This document shows, one piece after another, positions 28,190 through 38,051 of a DNA stretch of 64,000 nt; the first letter of the stretch is position 1; the number at the start of each line of letters is the position of its first letter. Under the pieces are notes generated by a model. It was not told where the DNA came from. It made no database searches and worked only from the letters and a program-made list of their open reading frames with translations. The position numbers were made by a program, and so were the translations under genes. The DNA is from a virus: positions 29,798 to 93,797 of IMG/VR virus record IMGVR_UViG_3300037628_000218; one strand, given 5' to 3'.

Positions 28190-29542
28190 TTACGCTAGGT
28201 TATCAAAGGTAAGGACACCCGTGATCTTTGTGATTTGGATAGCACCCGCTAAGAACGCTACGAACGAGGCGTTTAACTCTCGTAGTTGCTTTTCAGCAAA
28301 AGGTACGTCAGCTGCCCTTGGGAAGTTAGTTGTATACGGATTACTCTCTTGTAGGATAGAAGGAGTTGTTGAAGTAGATACCGAACGGCTTAGAACCGAT
28401 GTAACTGTGTTTCGTACTGTTCCGATACCACTATCTGTATAAGGAATAACAGGTTGGTTAATCTGTAGGTTCTGCAAGCCTTCTGTAATACGTGCTTCTA
28501 AGAAGTCACGGTTACGGATTGCATCAATCCACTCATCACCTGCTACCTTACCTCTCCGTGTAATATCAATTCCACCTACGCTTTCAATCCAGTTAGCGTT
28601 ACGTGTATCAAGGTTGTTCTTCTGTGTGAACGTAAGATTCTTACCTGTAGCGTCCCTTGAGGCAGCTAGTCCAGCTATCCTGTTATTGGCCCATACCTTA
28701 CTACCTGGTGTGGAGGGTGCAGCGATTGCAACGAAAGCCATCTCAGGAAACTTAGTGTCTGCATCTTGGTGGAACCAACCAGAGGTTCTGAAGAAGTTGC
28801 TTTCGGCAAGCTTACCAAGAGTGTCACCAGAAGCAGCAGGTATTTCCAGTGCAGTAAGAGCAGCTTCCTCTTTTACAGATACAAAGTAGATCTTAGTAAG
28901 TGCTTCTGTAACAGCAGCCATCGCTAGGATAAAAACTTGAGTCTGGTCATTAGAGGTAATGAAATAGAAATCATTATCTATCTCAGTGATTGCGGTAATC
29001 ACAGCAGCAGCAGTTTCAGTGGCTGTAGTAGTTTGAGTTAACTTAGTAATCTTAGTTACAGCAAACGGAGTACCTGGGGTAGCCTCTGCTAATGTCAAAG
29101 TAGCAGTACCACTTACGGTAACACCAACAATACCAGATAGGGCTGTAGATAGTGCTGTTACAACCTCTGTAGGTGTTTCAGAGCCAGTGGCGGTAGTAAA
29201 TGAAGCTGCTATAGTTACGTTGTCAGTGCCGACTACTGTAATCTCAAAAACCTCACCAATAGCTGTTACAGCATCGGGAGTATAGGTTAAGAGGGTTACA
29301 TCACGCCGACCTACTTTGACAACACTTGGAGGAATCTCTTGGGAGAAGGCTGAGTTCACAGCAATCAACTCATTAGAACCCGCTGGTAGGTCTGCTGAGG
29401 CGGCAGTTATGTTAGGATAGGAGCGAACACGTTCAGTAAACCAACGATGCTCACCAATGAAAATGGGAGTCCCAAAACCTGCGCGGGAGACTGCTGCGGT
29501 CTGTAGACTAATAGTTACTGTGACAATATCTTGAAGGCTCAT
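28190..29542 (-). CDS. tail sheath protein (DUF3383-like)
   Basis: GFGTP, PGSKVW, GDEWIDAIRNRD, IPYTDSG, LAGAI. Confidence 0.9.
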   Translation of the reverse strand: MSLQDIVTVTISLQTAAVSRAGFGTPIFIGEHRWFTERVRSYPNITAASADLPAGSNELIAVNSAFSQEIPPSVVKVGRRDVTLLTYTPDAVTAIGEVFEITVVGTDNVTIAASFTTATGSETPTEVVTALSTALSGIVGVTVSGTATLTLAEATPGTPFAVTKITKLTQTTTATETAAAVITAITEIDNDFYFITSNDQTQVFILAMAAVTEALTKIYFVSVKEEAALTALEIPAASGDTLGKLAESNFFRTSGWFHQDADTKFPEMAFVAIAAPSTPGSKVWANNRIAGLAASRDATGKNLTFTQKNNLDTRNANWIESVGGIDITRRGKVAGDEWIDAIRNRDFLEARITEGLQNLQINQPVIPYTDSGIGTVRNTVTSVLSRSVSTSTTPSILQESNPYTTNFPRAADVPFAEKQLRELNASFVAFLAGAIQITKITGVLTFDNLA

Positions 29543-29614
29543 TAACAGAGTTCTCCTTTAATTAATGGTAGGTGTTCTTTTACGATCATACTTGTGGTTC
29601 CTTTCTTAAACATG

Positions 29615-30199
29615 CTAAGGTTCTGGTACAGTTATATCTACAATGAGTGGGGTTGGATCATCGGTACTAATATTGTAAATAGTGCCGTCCAAATGAACAG
29701 TTGTGAAACTGTCAGATCCCGAAGTATCGACGAAGGTGTCTATAATATTAAAAGTAATATTGAAAGACGCAGATTCTAGATAGTCATCTGTAAGTAGAAT
29801 TGGCAGTGAGTCTATACTATCAACAATAACTACAGACCCTCCTGTAGTGTTTCTTATATCTCCAAGAACTCTGTTTAACCTAAAGAATCCATGAAGCTTC
29901 TGAGCTATGCTGATAGCGTTACCACCATAGACTCGGTAATTTAGTAGGAGCTGTTTAGTTGTTTCATAAACAGTCTGATCACTACTATTGATAGTCTCTG
30001 AATAGAGCCAGCCAGATTCATCTTGAGTATCTAGTACATCAATAGTTACATAAGAGTAACCTGGTTTAGGGCCAGTTTGTCTAGCCCTTATAACTGCGGG
30101 GAGATCGGCATTAGCACCTATTAGGGACAACTCTGTTGGTAACGCTTCTCTTGCTACTAAGATAAACTTGTCTAGGATAGCGTCATAGTCTATCGCCAT
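29615..30199 (-). CDS. tail terminator/neck protein
   Basis: VIRARQTGPKP..Y motif; upstream of the sheath gene. Confidence 0.7.
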   Translation of the reverse strand: MAIDYDAILDKFILVAREALPTELSLIGANADLPAVIRARQTGPKPGYSYVTIDVLDTQDESGWLYSETINSSDQTVYETTKQLLLNYRVYGGNAISIAQKLHGFFRLNRVLGDIRNTTGGSVVIVDSIDSLPILLTDDYLESASFNITFNIIDTFVDTSGSDSFTTVHLDGTIYNISTDDPTPLIVDITVPEP

Positions 30200-30579
30200 T
30201 ACAACCCTCCGTTAGTAGTTTGATCGTCCCGAATAAACAAGGCTTTGAAATGATCAGTTGATAACCCAGATAAGTTCCAGTTCTCTACAGCCATCGCATA
30301 GTAGTTTTGACCCTCAATAGTTGTGGTATCAGCAAGTTCTTTGCTAAACTGATCAGAGGTATTTAGAGAGGTTGTAGTCCTGATAATACGAGCATCCGAG
30401 GCGGTTTTACCAGAAGGTAATATAAGCTGATTGGCCCCCATCTTGAAAGGTTGGATGCTACATTGTATTGTAATGTCTACTGGTGTGGGAGTTACCCAGC
30501 GACCTTTCTCATCCCAGAATCCACTACCTCCATCACGTTTAATAACTAGAGTAGAGGTTCGCATTAATTTGAGAGCCAT
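30199..30579 (-). CDS. head closure protein
   Basis: G.W...SIQP...LP.G pattern; position. Confidence 0.7.
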   Translation of the reverse strand: MALKLMRTSTLVIKRDGGSGFWDEKGRWVTPTPVDITIQCSIQPFKMGANQLILPSGKTASDARIIRTTTSLNTSDQFSKELADTTTIEGQNYYAMAVENWNLSGLSTDHFKALFIRDDQTTNGGL

Positions 30580-31065
30580 TTATGCTTCCTTTACTTGTTT
30601 GTTTTTAGAAGTCCTGTAAGCTACTTTTGATTTTAGGTCGCCAGTGTCTACAAGGGGGTTGTTGGATTCCTTAGGAGGAACAGCGTTAGGAACTAGAGAA
30701 GGACTTCCGAATATTTTCTGTTCTTCTTCTCTGAAGAACTTACCAATATCATCTAAAAGCATCCCGTCTGAACCGTTCCCTGGCTTTCTACCCTTCCATA
30801 GTTTAAATGCTCTACGTAATACAGGAGCTGTTAGCTTTCTACGCCTGAAGAAGAGTATGTCTAACACAGGTCTAGCGGGAAGATCCGTTTCAGGGTTACC
30901 TGCATGGTGAATAGCCATTAGCTCAGGGTATGTAAAGCCTGAAGCATGTTTACCTTGTGAGCTAAAATGACCTACCTCTACAAATGCGTTATTAAGACTT
31001 AGAAGTTGTTGTGAGAGCTTTTCGAGCTGGTTTCCTTGTTTCTTTAGGCTTACTTTTAGTGCCAT
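30580..31065 (-). CDS. neck/tail completion protein
   Basis: VEVG, IHHAG, PARP, PLVDTGDL. Confidence 0.75.
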   Translation of the reverse strand: MALKVSLKKQGNQLEKLSQQLLSLNNAFVEVGHFSSQGKHASGFTYPELMAIHHAGNPETDLPARPVLDILFFRRRKLTAPVLRRAFKLWKGRKPGNGSDGMLLDDIGKFFREEEQKIFGSPSLVPNAVPPKESNNPLVDTGDLKSKVAYRTSKNKQVKEA

Positions 31066-31156
31066 CTTTTTTACTCGCTACCTTTTTGGTCATATCAATT
31101 ATTTCTTCGATAACCCGACCATCTGGGTAGGTTATTGTACGTTTAACAATTCCCAT
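30992..31156 (-). CDS. 54-aa basic microprotein overlapping the neck gene start
   Basis: AAGGA RBS; MGIVKRTITYPDGRVIEEIIDMTKKVASKK... Confidence 0.5.
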   Translation of the reverse strand: MGIVKRTITYPDGRVIEEIIDMTKKVASKKDGTKSKPKETRKPARKALTTTSKS

Positions 31157-31188
31157 AAGTGTTCCTTGTTGGTGGTGTGGACATATGA

Positions 31189-31226
31189 AAAAGAAGGGCT
31201 AAACCCTAACCCCTCCGAAGAGGGGA
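31189..31226 (-). terminator. terminator with cUUCGg tetraloop
   Basis: CCCCTC-TTCG-GAGGGG, then a second short hairpin and a T run. Confidence 0.7.
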
Positions 31227-31237
31227 AGGTTATAAGG

Positions 31238-33937
31238 TTATACGTTAGCCTTAGCTACCCAAACTCCATTCTCATAGAAGTTGAAAACACTTGTTGTTGT
31301 GTTATATATCATCATACCATCAGCAGAAGTCAATAAATCACGTTGAGTCGTTGTCATACGAGGTAACATAAAACCTGCGGTTGTTGAGTTACACTCTATC
31401 CGACCATTCTCAATCTGTATATCTGTACCGCCATCTGGTGACACAAACTTAGTATAGGCATTCGCAATGTGTAACCGCTCTCGTACACTATCATGGATAG
31501 CATAATAAGCTGTCGCTTGAGTACCGTTATGGAAGGACTTGAAGCCACCTCCTTGTTGGTCTAACATCCAAGTGGCATCCGCATTAACATCTATACGTGT
31601 GGTTGTACCATCATGGTATTCAAGAGTGTTATTATCAAGCCAAAGATTGTCAGCTCCTGATTGACTCTTTATCTGAACACCTGTAGCCGTTGCACTTATT
31701 AAATCGTATGTACCGTTGTTATAAGCGAAAGCTGTGTTGTCTACCAGCACAGAGTTAGTGCCATCAGGAGATGAAAGTTTAGAGGCGGTAGCATCAATCT
31801 CTAGACGGTCAATAACCCCAGCTTCTACGGTAAAGGCATATCTGTCTACAACAACATGTGTATTGGAACTTTCTTCACGCCCTATAACAACCTGACCATC
31901 AGGAATAGTGAAGTCAATTATAAAAAAGTGCTTTCCAGAGGCTCCACCACCCATTTCAATTGCATCGCCATAATCATAGAAAAGCCCCCTATTAGTTGAG
32001 TTGAAGTGTCCAAGGTAACCAGTATCAGTTTCACCTACAAATTGTACTCCAGCAAAACCAGAAGGTTGTAGGTTTGTAAACTCTAACCCACTAGCTCCAA
32101 ATGAATCTCCTGTGTCTATGAACTCAGCTCTACCTGCATTATTTAATGATAGTAACTTTCCACCATCCGCAGAGACTAACTCTGTCTTTGTAGCATCTAC
32201 AGACACTCTATCCCTAGTGCCGTCACTATACGCCAACGCCCCGCCTGCTGTAGCGAGTGACATATCTCCACCAGTCTTTATATTCCTGACAGTGAAGTCT
32301 ACTACGTCAGCATCCAGATTAACCACATCCCCAGTCTCCTGATACATGGTATCTAGCTTATGATCACCAGTGGATGCCTGCATTGAATACAGTACCAAGT
32401 CAGTTGGTGTTTTATTCTGTACAACGAACTGGGAGCCGCCAACTACAGATTGGATTGCTGCTATTAGGTTATTTGCTGTGTCAAAAACTTTAAAGTTATC
32501 AGATTTAACAACACTATTACCGCCACGACGCATGTGGTGAGCTTTAACCTCTTCTAACGATAGTGCTCTGGAATAGACTTTAGCGTAATCCATGTACCCA
32601 TTAAACGGATATGACCCAACTTCATTGCGACCCCCAATTCCCCAAGTATTTGCTGAAATACCTAAGTTGGTCTCAGTAAGACTCGCCTTCACCTCCCCAT
32701 TTACAATAAGGTGCATTGTGGTGCCATCATACGTAGCTACAACGTGATACCACTCACCTGTTACAATATCAATGGTGTCATCTATATTGTTGTATGCCCC
32801 GTTTGCCTGTATCTCTATACCAATCTTATTAGGGAGTGAACTGGTGCTAGGTGAAATCCCGAACAGTAAGTCATTAGAAAACCCACCTTCATCTGAAGCA
32901 AGCAGTAGGGTTCTAGTGGAGTCAATTGCATTAAACACAACTTCCAATGACCATTCAGCTAGCGTTGGTAAATTGTCGGGGGTAGAGAGGAAAGTAGTGT
33001 TAGCACTATTGAAATATGCACCAGACCCGTATTGACCGTAGTCAGCTGCTATAACAGGAGAGCCAAAGTTAGTAAGGGTGTAAGCACTCTCACTTCTGTC
33101 ATACTGTGTTGCATCTGTTCCAATTTCTGTAAAAGGTACGTGCAAAACTAGCCCTGTCTCATCACCTAGCATTTCGTTAAACGGTGCTACTAAACCAGAG
33201 TGTGTGACTACCTCATCAGTAAAGGTGCGTAGCTCATACTTAGTATACGGTTCAGAGGGGTTGGTAGTACCTGGCTCAACTTGTAGGTAACTGAGAGATA
33301 CATCATCAGCACTTGTACGTCTATACATCACGACAGTAACAGGATCTCCTGCTGTAATATCCAGCGGGTGATCAAACTGCATTTTAATCGTACCGCCTGC
33401 TGCTACGGTATGCCCGTTGTTGTCTTGCATGTAGATCATTGTGCCTAAGTCATCAACTCCCCAGAACACTTCATAATGGAGCCATTCAGTAGGGGTAATC
33501 TCATCAACAGAGATAAACTCCCCAGAGAAATATGAACCAGCGGTAGGGGCAGTAAACGTATATTTACAATCTACTGCGCCAGATCCTGCTGCTATTCCAT
33601 TAGATTCTGTGGTACTCATTGTATCAGAATGTATACGTACACTTGGAGCAAAGACACCAGTGGAATCTTGATTAGCCACTATAGATTGATCTTTCAAGCC
33701 ACACCAAGCAGGCCAATAGTTAACACCTGAAGATATGTTGGTAAAGAAAATATTCTCTGCGCCAGAGGACATCTTATGCTGTCCACCTAGGTAGAAGGAG
33801 TTTAGATCAGTCTCGATAGCTCTACTAGCTACTAGTCGATCTGTGGTGCTGTTGTATGTAAAGTGTAGTAAAGTAGCCTTCTGTTCTGGGGTAACTCTTT
33901 CACTTGCTGAGCTACCGTCTGTTGGTAAAATAGACAT
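31238..33937 (-). CDS. large virion fibre with LamG/concanavalin-like domain
   Basis: GEWYHVVATYDGTT..LIVNG, FNGYMD..KVYSRALS; repetitive beta-rich C-terminal half; LPRMTTTQRD..GMMIYNT tail. Confidence 0.75.
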   Translation of the reverse strand: MSILPTDGSSASERVTPEQKATLLHFTYNSTTDRLVASRAIETDLNSFYLGGQHKMSSGAENIFFTNISSGVNYWPAWCGLKDQSIVANQDSTGVFAPSVRIHSDTMSTTESNGIAAGSGAVDCKYTFTAPTAGSYFSGEFISVDEITPTEWLHYEVFWGVDDLGTMIYMQDNNGHTVAAGGTIKMQFDHPLDITAGDPVTVVMYRRTSADDVSLSYLQVEPGTTNPSEPYTKYELRTFTDEVVTHSGLVAPFNEMLGDETGLVLHVPFTEIGTDATQYDRSESAYTLTNFGSPVIAADYGQYGSGAYFNSANTTFLSTPDNLPTLAEWSLEVVFNAIDSTRTLLLASDEGGFSNDLLFGISPSTSSLPNKIGIEIQANGAYNNIDDTIDIVTGEWYHVVATYDGTTMHLIVNGEVKASLTETNLGISANTWGIGGRNEVGSYPFNGYMDYAKVYSRALSLEEVKAHHMRRGGNSVVKSDNFKVFDTANNLIAAIQSVVGGSQFVVQNKTPTDLVLYSMQASTGDHKLDTMYQETGDVVNLDADVVDFTVRNIKTGGDMSLATAGGALAYSDGTRDRVSVDATKTELVSADGGKLLSLNNAGRAEFIDTGDSFGASGLEFTNLQPSGFAGVQFVGETDTGYLGHFNSTNRGLFYDYGDAIEMGGGASGKHFFIIDFTIPDGQVVIGREESSNTHVVVDRYAFTVEAGVIDRLEIDATASKLSSPDGTNSVLVDNTAFAYNNGTYDLISATATGVQIKSQSGADNLWLDNNTLEYHDGTTTRIDVNADATWMLDQQGGGFKSFHNGTQATAYYAIHDSVRERLHIANAYTKFVSPDGGTDIQIENGRIECNSTTAGFMLPRMTTTQRDLLTSADGMMIYNTTTSVFNFYENGVWVAKANV

Positions 33938-34227
33938 TATGAGTTATCCTGTACGCTCAGAGGTGCATCTATATCGTCTATAGACTTAGCCCAAACTGCG
34001 TTCTCAAGTGCTGTGATTAACTTAATAGCTGTTGAGGCAGGTAGTGGTGGTAGTAATTCTCCGTTAGTAGAGTCAGCAGCGGGTTGAGCGTTGCTTATTT
34101 GGAGTAAGATTCTTGAAGTGGATTTATTAGTGATTACCAACGCTGTGCCTGCTACTACCCCTGAAAGGGTATTAACATTAACATATACATCTTTATCAAC
34201 TAAAACATCGGGTATCGTGTCTACCAT
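33937..34227 (-). CDS. small virion protein, paralog of the N-terminal domain of 41337-42425
   Basis: shared NTLSG/NTLTG, TNKS, P.ADS..G, WAK, LSVQ. Confidence 0.65.
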   Translation of the reverse strand: MVDTIPDVLVDKDVYVNVNTLSGVVAGTALVITNKSTSRILLQISNAQPAADSTNGELLPPLPASTAIKLITALENAVWAKSIDDIDAPLSVQDNS

Positions 34228-34255
34228 GAAGGGTTTCCTTTACTTGTTTATCTTA

Positions 34256-34765
34256 CTAGAGAAATAGGTCTCCAGTATCATCTCTTAATGCTGAGGGTGT
34301 GCTTGGTATGCTTGGGCAAGAAATATCTAGTTCTACAAGGTCACTAATATTTGCTTCGTCAGTAATTCTGAAGATGTCGCTTGGGACAATCTGCATACCT
34401 ATACTGGTTGGGCCTGCATTCTTTAAGCCGTTGAATCCTATGATAGGGCAAAGATCGACTAAGGACTTAATAAAGTCTCCCCAAGGATCTGTGCCTGTCG
34501 ATGCAAATTTCTCTAGCTCAACATCCCCAACTTTTTCTTTCTTTATACCTTTAGTATCTACTTGGAACTTTGACTTGTTAGCAAAGGCTATTGCTCTTAG
34601 ACCTTTACATGATGCCTCAGCAAAATAAATATTATCATCGGCAGGTATTTGATTAGCAATCACAAACTCGTTAATTGAGTTCATATGAGCATCTGTTAGG
34701 ACGTTATCTGTTGGCAACCACAGCTTTTCTTCTGTAAGGAGTTGCGCCCTGTCAATTACACTCAT
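34256..34765 (-). CDS. head-tail adaptor
   Basis: KKEKVGDVE motif; downstream of the major capsid gene. Confidence 0.65.
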   Translation of the reverse strand: MSVIDRAQLLTEEKLWLPTDNVLTDAHMNSINEFVIANQIPADDNIYFAEASCKGLRAIAFANKSKFQVDTKGIKKEKVGDVELEKFASTGTDPWGDFIKSLVDLCPIIGFNGLKNAGPTSIGMQIVPSDIFRITDEANISDLVELDISCPSIPSTPSALRDDTGDLFL

Positions 34766-34851
34766 TAGTTGTCTCCGTTAGTTAGCTGCTGGTATACTGT
34801 TATTATTATTTGTACCCCTTACTAATACCTACTCTTAGAATAATTATTAGT

Positions 34852-34877
34852 AAAGGGAGGAGCCGAAGCCCCTCCTC
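34852..34877 (-). terminator. terminator after the major capsid gene
   Basis: GAGGAGGGGC-TTCG-GCTCCTCCC-TTT. Confidence 0.7.
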
Positions 34878-34903
34878 GTTGTAAGTCTTTGATGTATAAG
34901 GAT

Positions 34904-35986
34904 TTACACAACAAGTGCTCGTATCAATTGTGGATTAACATTAATAGGTAAGCAATTCGACTCTTGCGACATTGTAAAACCATTACGTTCATGTTCGCGA
35001 CTCCAAGCATAACGCTTCTGAGCAGTAGTGTTAACGTAAGTACGAGTCTGAGCAGGGGCGTATGCACGTTTCAAGAACGTCTCGGCACCTATTGGGATCA
35101 TATACGCATCGTTATCAGCAATCATTTTAGTACCTAGGATAGAGGCACTATAACGAATGTAACGCAGCCCATCAAAAGAATCAAACCACTGATACTGGAA
35201 GCGACCGTTACCAGAACCGAAGTTACTAGTAGGTACGTCCATAGTTTGTAGATCAAGAATACCCCGCATATCACGAGCTAATCCTTCCTGCTTCTCGATA
35301 GTTAGGCGTTGATTGAAAAATGCCTTACCACAAATAACAACTGGCATAGTCATGGTATTGTTAGTCTTCTCAACATCAGTTTCCAACAAGTCCAGTTGCT
35401 CAGCGAACAGTTGGAAGTGATCCACAGACCCTGCCAAGTTCATGGTAATCTTAGCTGGACGAGAAGCACCGATAATATCCGTGTAGTAGTTGTATACTGG
35501 CTGAGGGCCACCACGAGTGATATTTGTATCCAAGGTTAAGAGTTGGGCAAAAGCTAACTCATCTAACATTGTCCAAGCCTTTTCAGCTTTCATGTTCATG
35601 CGAGCTAGTAGATAGGCTTCGTCCATTAGATCCTGTGTCCCAGGGATACGCTTATTTGCGTAGTCTTTAGGTGCCACATTAGAACGTAAACCAAAAGAAC
35701 CAACTTCGTAGATTAACTGACGAGGTTTGTCTTTTTGGATGTCGGGGCCATACGCATCAAAAGCTTTACCGTCAGGTAACTGAGCCGTGTCATCCAACTC
35801 ATCATACTTAATGGTGTTAGTTTCTAGGAATACGTCATTTGTTGTTCCACCTAGGAGTGCTGTTAACAGTCCAGGGCTAACCTGTGTTCTTGCGACAAGA
35901 GGACTAACATCCTCCATCTCAAAATCACTGCCTTGTGCAGGGCTTAGAGCTTTATCAAAGTCAATCCCGCTTTGTTCAATTTTCAT
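34904..35986 (-). CDS. major capsid protein (lambda gpE-like HK97 fold)
   Basis: 360 aa, follows the decoration and protease genes; CGKAFF, YAPA, ESNCLP..VNP.L. Confidence 0.88.
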   Translation of the reverse strand: MKIEQSGIDFDKALSPAQGSDFEMEDVSPLVARTQVSPGLLTALLGGTTNDVFLETNTIKYDELDDTAQLPDGKAFDAYGPDIQKDKPRQLIYEVGSFGLRSNVAPKDYANKRIPGTQDLMDEAYLLARMNMKAEKAWTMLDELAFAQLLTLDTNITRGGPQPVYNYYTDIIGASRPAKITMNLAGSVDHFQLFAEQLDLLETDVEKTNNTMTMPVVICGKAFFNQRLTIEKQEGLARDMRGILDLQTMDVPTSNFGSGNGRFQYQWFDSFDGLRYIRYSASILGTKMIADNDAYMIPIGAETFLKRAYAPAQTRTYVNTTAQKRYAWSREHERNGFTMSQESNCLPINVNPQLIRALVV

Positions 35987-36003
35987 ATGTTAGAGTCCTT
36001 AGA

Positions 36004-36663
36004 TTAAGAAGTAAATGTAGGTGTAACAACTGTTGCGTTGTCAATAGTAGTAATGCGAACATCTTCCAGAGCTGAAAGGAACTCGGCTTGGTCAGCAGCA
36101 GCTACAGAACCCCAAATGAAGCCCTCGTTAATCAAGGCAGCCTCACCACGATAAATCACAGTCATGTTTACAGGCGTAGCAGACAAAGCAGTATCTTGCT
36201 TGTTGAAGCCTACCCCGAACAGGTCGCCTACAGTAACCGCGATACGAGCCTTATTATTAAGAGGTGTAGTACCTGCTGTGTCACTCGCGTAAGCTTTACG
36301 TGTTGTCCAAGTTACAGTAGCATCTGCTGTCTCAGCACCAACAGTAGTAGCAAATGTAGGTTCTGCTGCATCAGAAGTACCCGCAATGGAGCAGACATAC
36401 TCATTACCGTCACGAGTGGCAGGCTTAACAATATCTCCAAGTGCATAGACAGTTGTAGCAGCCCAGTCAGCAGGAGCGGCAAGGACTATAAAAGAGTCAG
36501 TAGCTTCACTCCAGATTAGAGGAATACCGATATTATCAATTGACCCAGTACCTTCTACTCCAACTGTCTCAAAGTTAAAACGAACAGCAGTATCTTCAGA
36601 GAAAGTGTCAACAGCTTTGATCAAATCAGTTAGGAATTTACGAGCGGTAGCGTTAACTGGCAT
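36004..36663 (-). CDS. head decoration protein with an inserted carbohydrate-binding-like module
   Basis: position; insert WAATTVYALGDIVKP...YVCSIAGTS..EP...DATVTW. Confidence 0.75.
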   Translation of the reverse strand: MPVNATARKFLTDLIKAVDTFSEDTAVRFNFETVGVEGTGSIDNIGIPLIWSEATDSFIVLAAPADWAATTVYALGDIVKPATRDGNEYVCSIAGTSDAAEPTFATTVGAETADATVTWTTRKAYASDTAGTTPLNNKARIAVTVGDLFGVGFNKQDTALSATPVNMTVIYRGEAALINEGFIWGSVAAADQAEFLSALEDVRITTIDNATVVTPTFTS

Positions 36664-38051
36664 TATACTGCCTCCTTCATTTTATCTTGTGCGTCAAGTG
36701 CGCGTTGAGCAAGACTCTTCTCAACAGCTTCTTCTACTTCACCACCTTCACCGACTTCTTCAGAAAGGGCTTTAGAAAGCTCACAGTCCTCTTTGGGCTT
36801 AGCAGCGACAGCTTTATCTACTTCAGTTTCTGTACGAGCTACAAGAACGTCAAGTGCTTTTGTAACAGCTTCTTTGTCCTCATCGTTCAGTTTAGCAACA
36901 GCACTAGCCATAGCCTTGTTAACATCAGCTTCAAAGTTGTATCCGCTTAATGCGTTTACTGCCAGAGACTCTGCTAGTGCCTTTTGTAAGTCTTCAAACT
37001 CTTCACGAGTTACGTCAGTCATATTAGTACCTTTAGTTACTTTGTTATCTTCCCCAACCTTAGCCTCAGCTGAGGAAGAAGGGGTCTGGTTATTATCTTC
37101 ACCTAAATGTTTCTCAAGTGAGATAAAGTCTTCACCAATATCTTTCAAGATACTAGCTTGTTCTTCATCAAGGTCATCAATAGTTGCTTTTTTGGCCTTG
37201 TTAATTTCGTATGCTTCGTTTTTCAAACTACATGCTCCACCTTGCGAAGGACTCGTGTACGTTAGCTCAGGATTTGCCCAGTCAAAGTTAACACCAACAA
37301 GTTGTCGTGTAGCCTCTGGTGAACCTTGTATATCGGAAATATCTTTAGTAAGGTCAATAGTCTCTTTAGCTCTGGCCCCAATACTCAGACCTGCTATATC
37401 ACCGTTGATACGCATGTTAAATGCTACTTTGTTGGTGAATAGGGTTTTAGCGATTGGTTGCCCCTTACGAACAAGTTGATCACCAATCATACATTCAACA
37501 GGGTTTACCCAAGCCTTATCCAGTGTCCAAACGTCTGTCTTATGTTTGTGGAATAAACCACTTTGTAAGCGACCTTCTTCATTAGCTTTGTTAAGGCTTT
37601 CAACCATCGACTCAATATCTTCAAGGGCCATAGTGTCACCGTGTCCATCTACCTCACCAGGGGCAACGTAAAGGGGTTCCACGGCATACATAGGGTCGTC
37701 TTCAGAACCGAACTGTTTAACTACTTGAATGGATTCTTTCTTAGAGCTACCGAAGTATTTGTCAAGGAACTTAGAAAGTGTGCCTTCAGTCATCGGAGCC
37801 TCTACAGCCTTCTCAACTACTTTAAAGTCTGTTGTACGGACAACTTCAACACCTTCTTTACTAATCTCAGCTTTAGTCTCTGTCATAGTAAATGTGTGTT
37901 TGAATGTCTTACACTCACCATCAGAACCACAACGATCAATAAATACTAAGCCTGCGTCTAGGTCAAAGTCTGTGATCCAACCTTCTTTCTCCGCATTAGC
38001 TAGTAAGTTACGCTGATCGCTAACCGTAGCCTTCTCAATTGTTTCTGTCAT
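36663..38051 (-). CDS. prohead protease (XkdF-like) fused to scaffold
   Basis: DGHGD, LFH, GDIAGLSIG; acidic helical C-terminus. Confidence 0.8.
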   Translation of the reverse strand: MTETIEKATVSDQRNLLANAEKEGWITDFDLDAGLVFIDRCGSDGECKTFKHTFTMTETKAEISKEGVEVVRTTDFKVVEKAVEAPMTEGTLSKFLDKYFGSSKKESIQVVKQFGSEDDPMYAVEPLYVAPGEVDGHGDTMALEDIESMVESLNKANEEGRLQSGLFHKHKTDVWTLDKAWVNPVECMIGDQLVRKGQPIAKTLFTNKVAFNMRINGDIAGLSIGARAKETIDLTKDISDIQGSPEATRQLVGVNFDWANPELTYTSPSQGGACSLKNEAYEINKAKKATIDDLDEEQASILKDIGEDFISLEKHLGEDNNQTPSSSAEAKVGEDNKVTKGTNMTDVTREEFEDLQKALAESLAVNALSGYNFEADVNKAMASAVAKLNDEDKEAVTKALDVLVARTETEVDKAVAAKPKEDCELSKALSEEVGEGGEVEEAVEKSLAQRALDAQDKMKEAV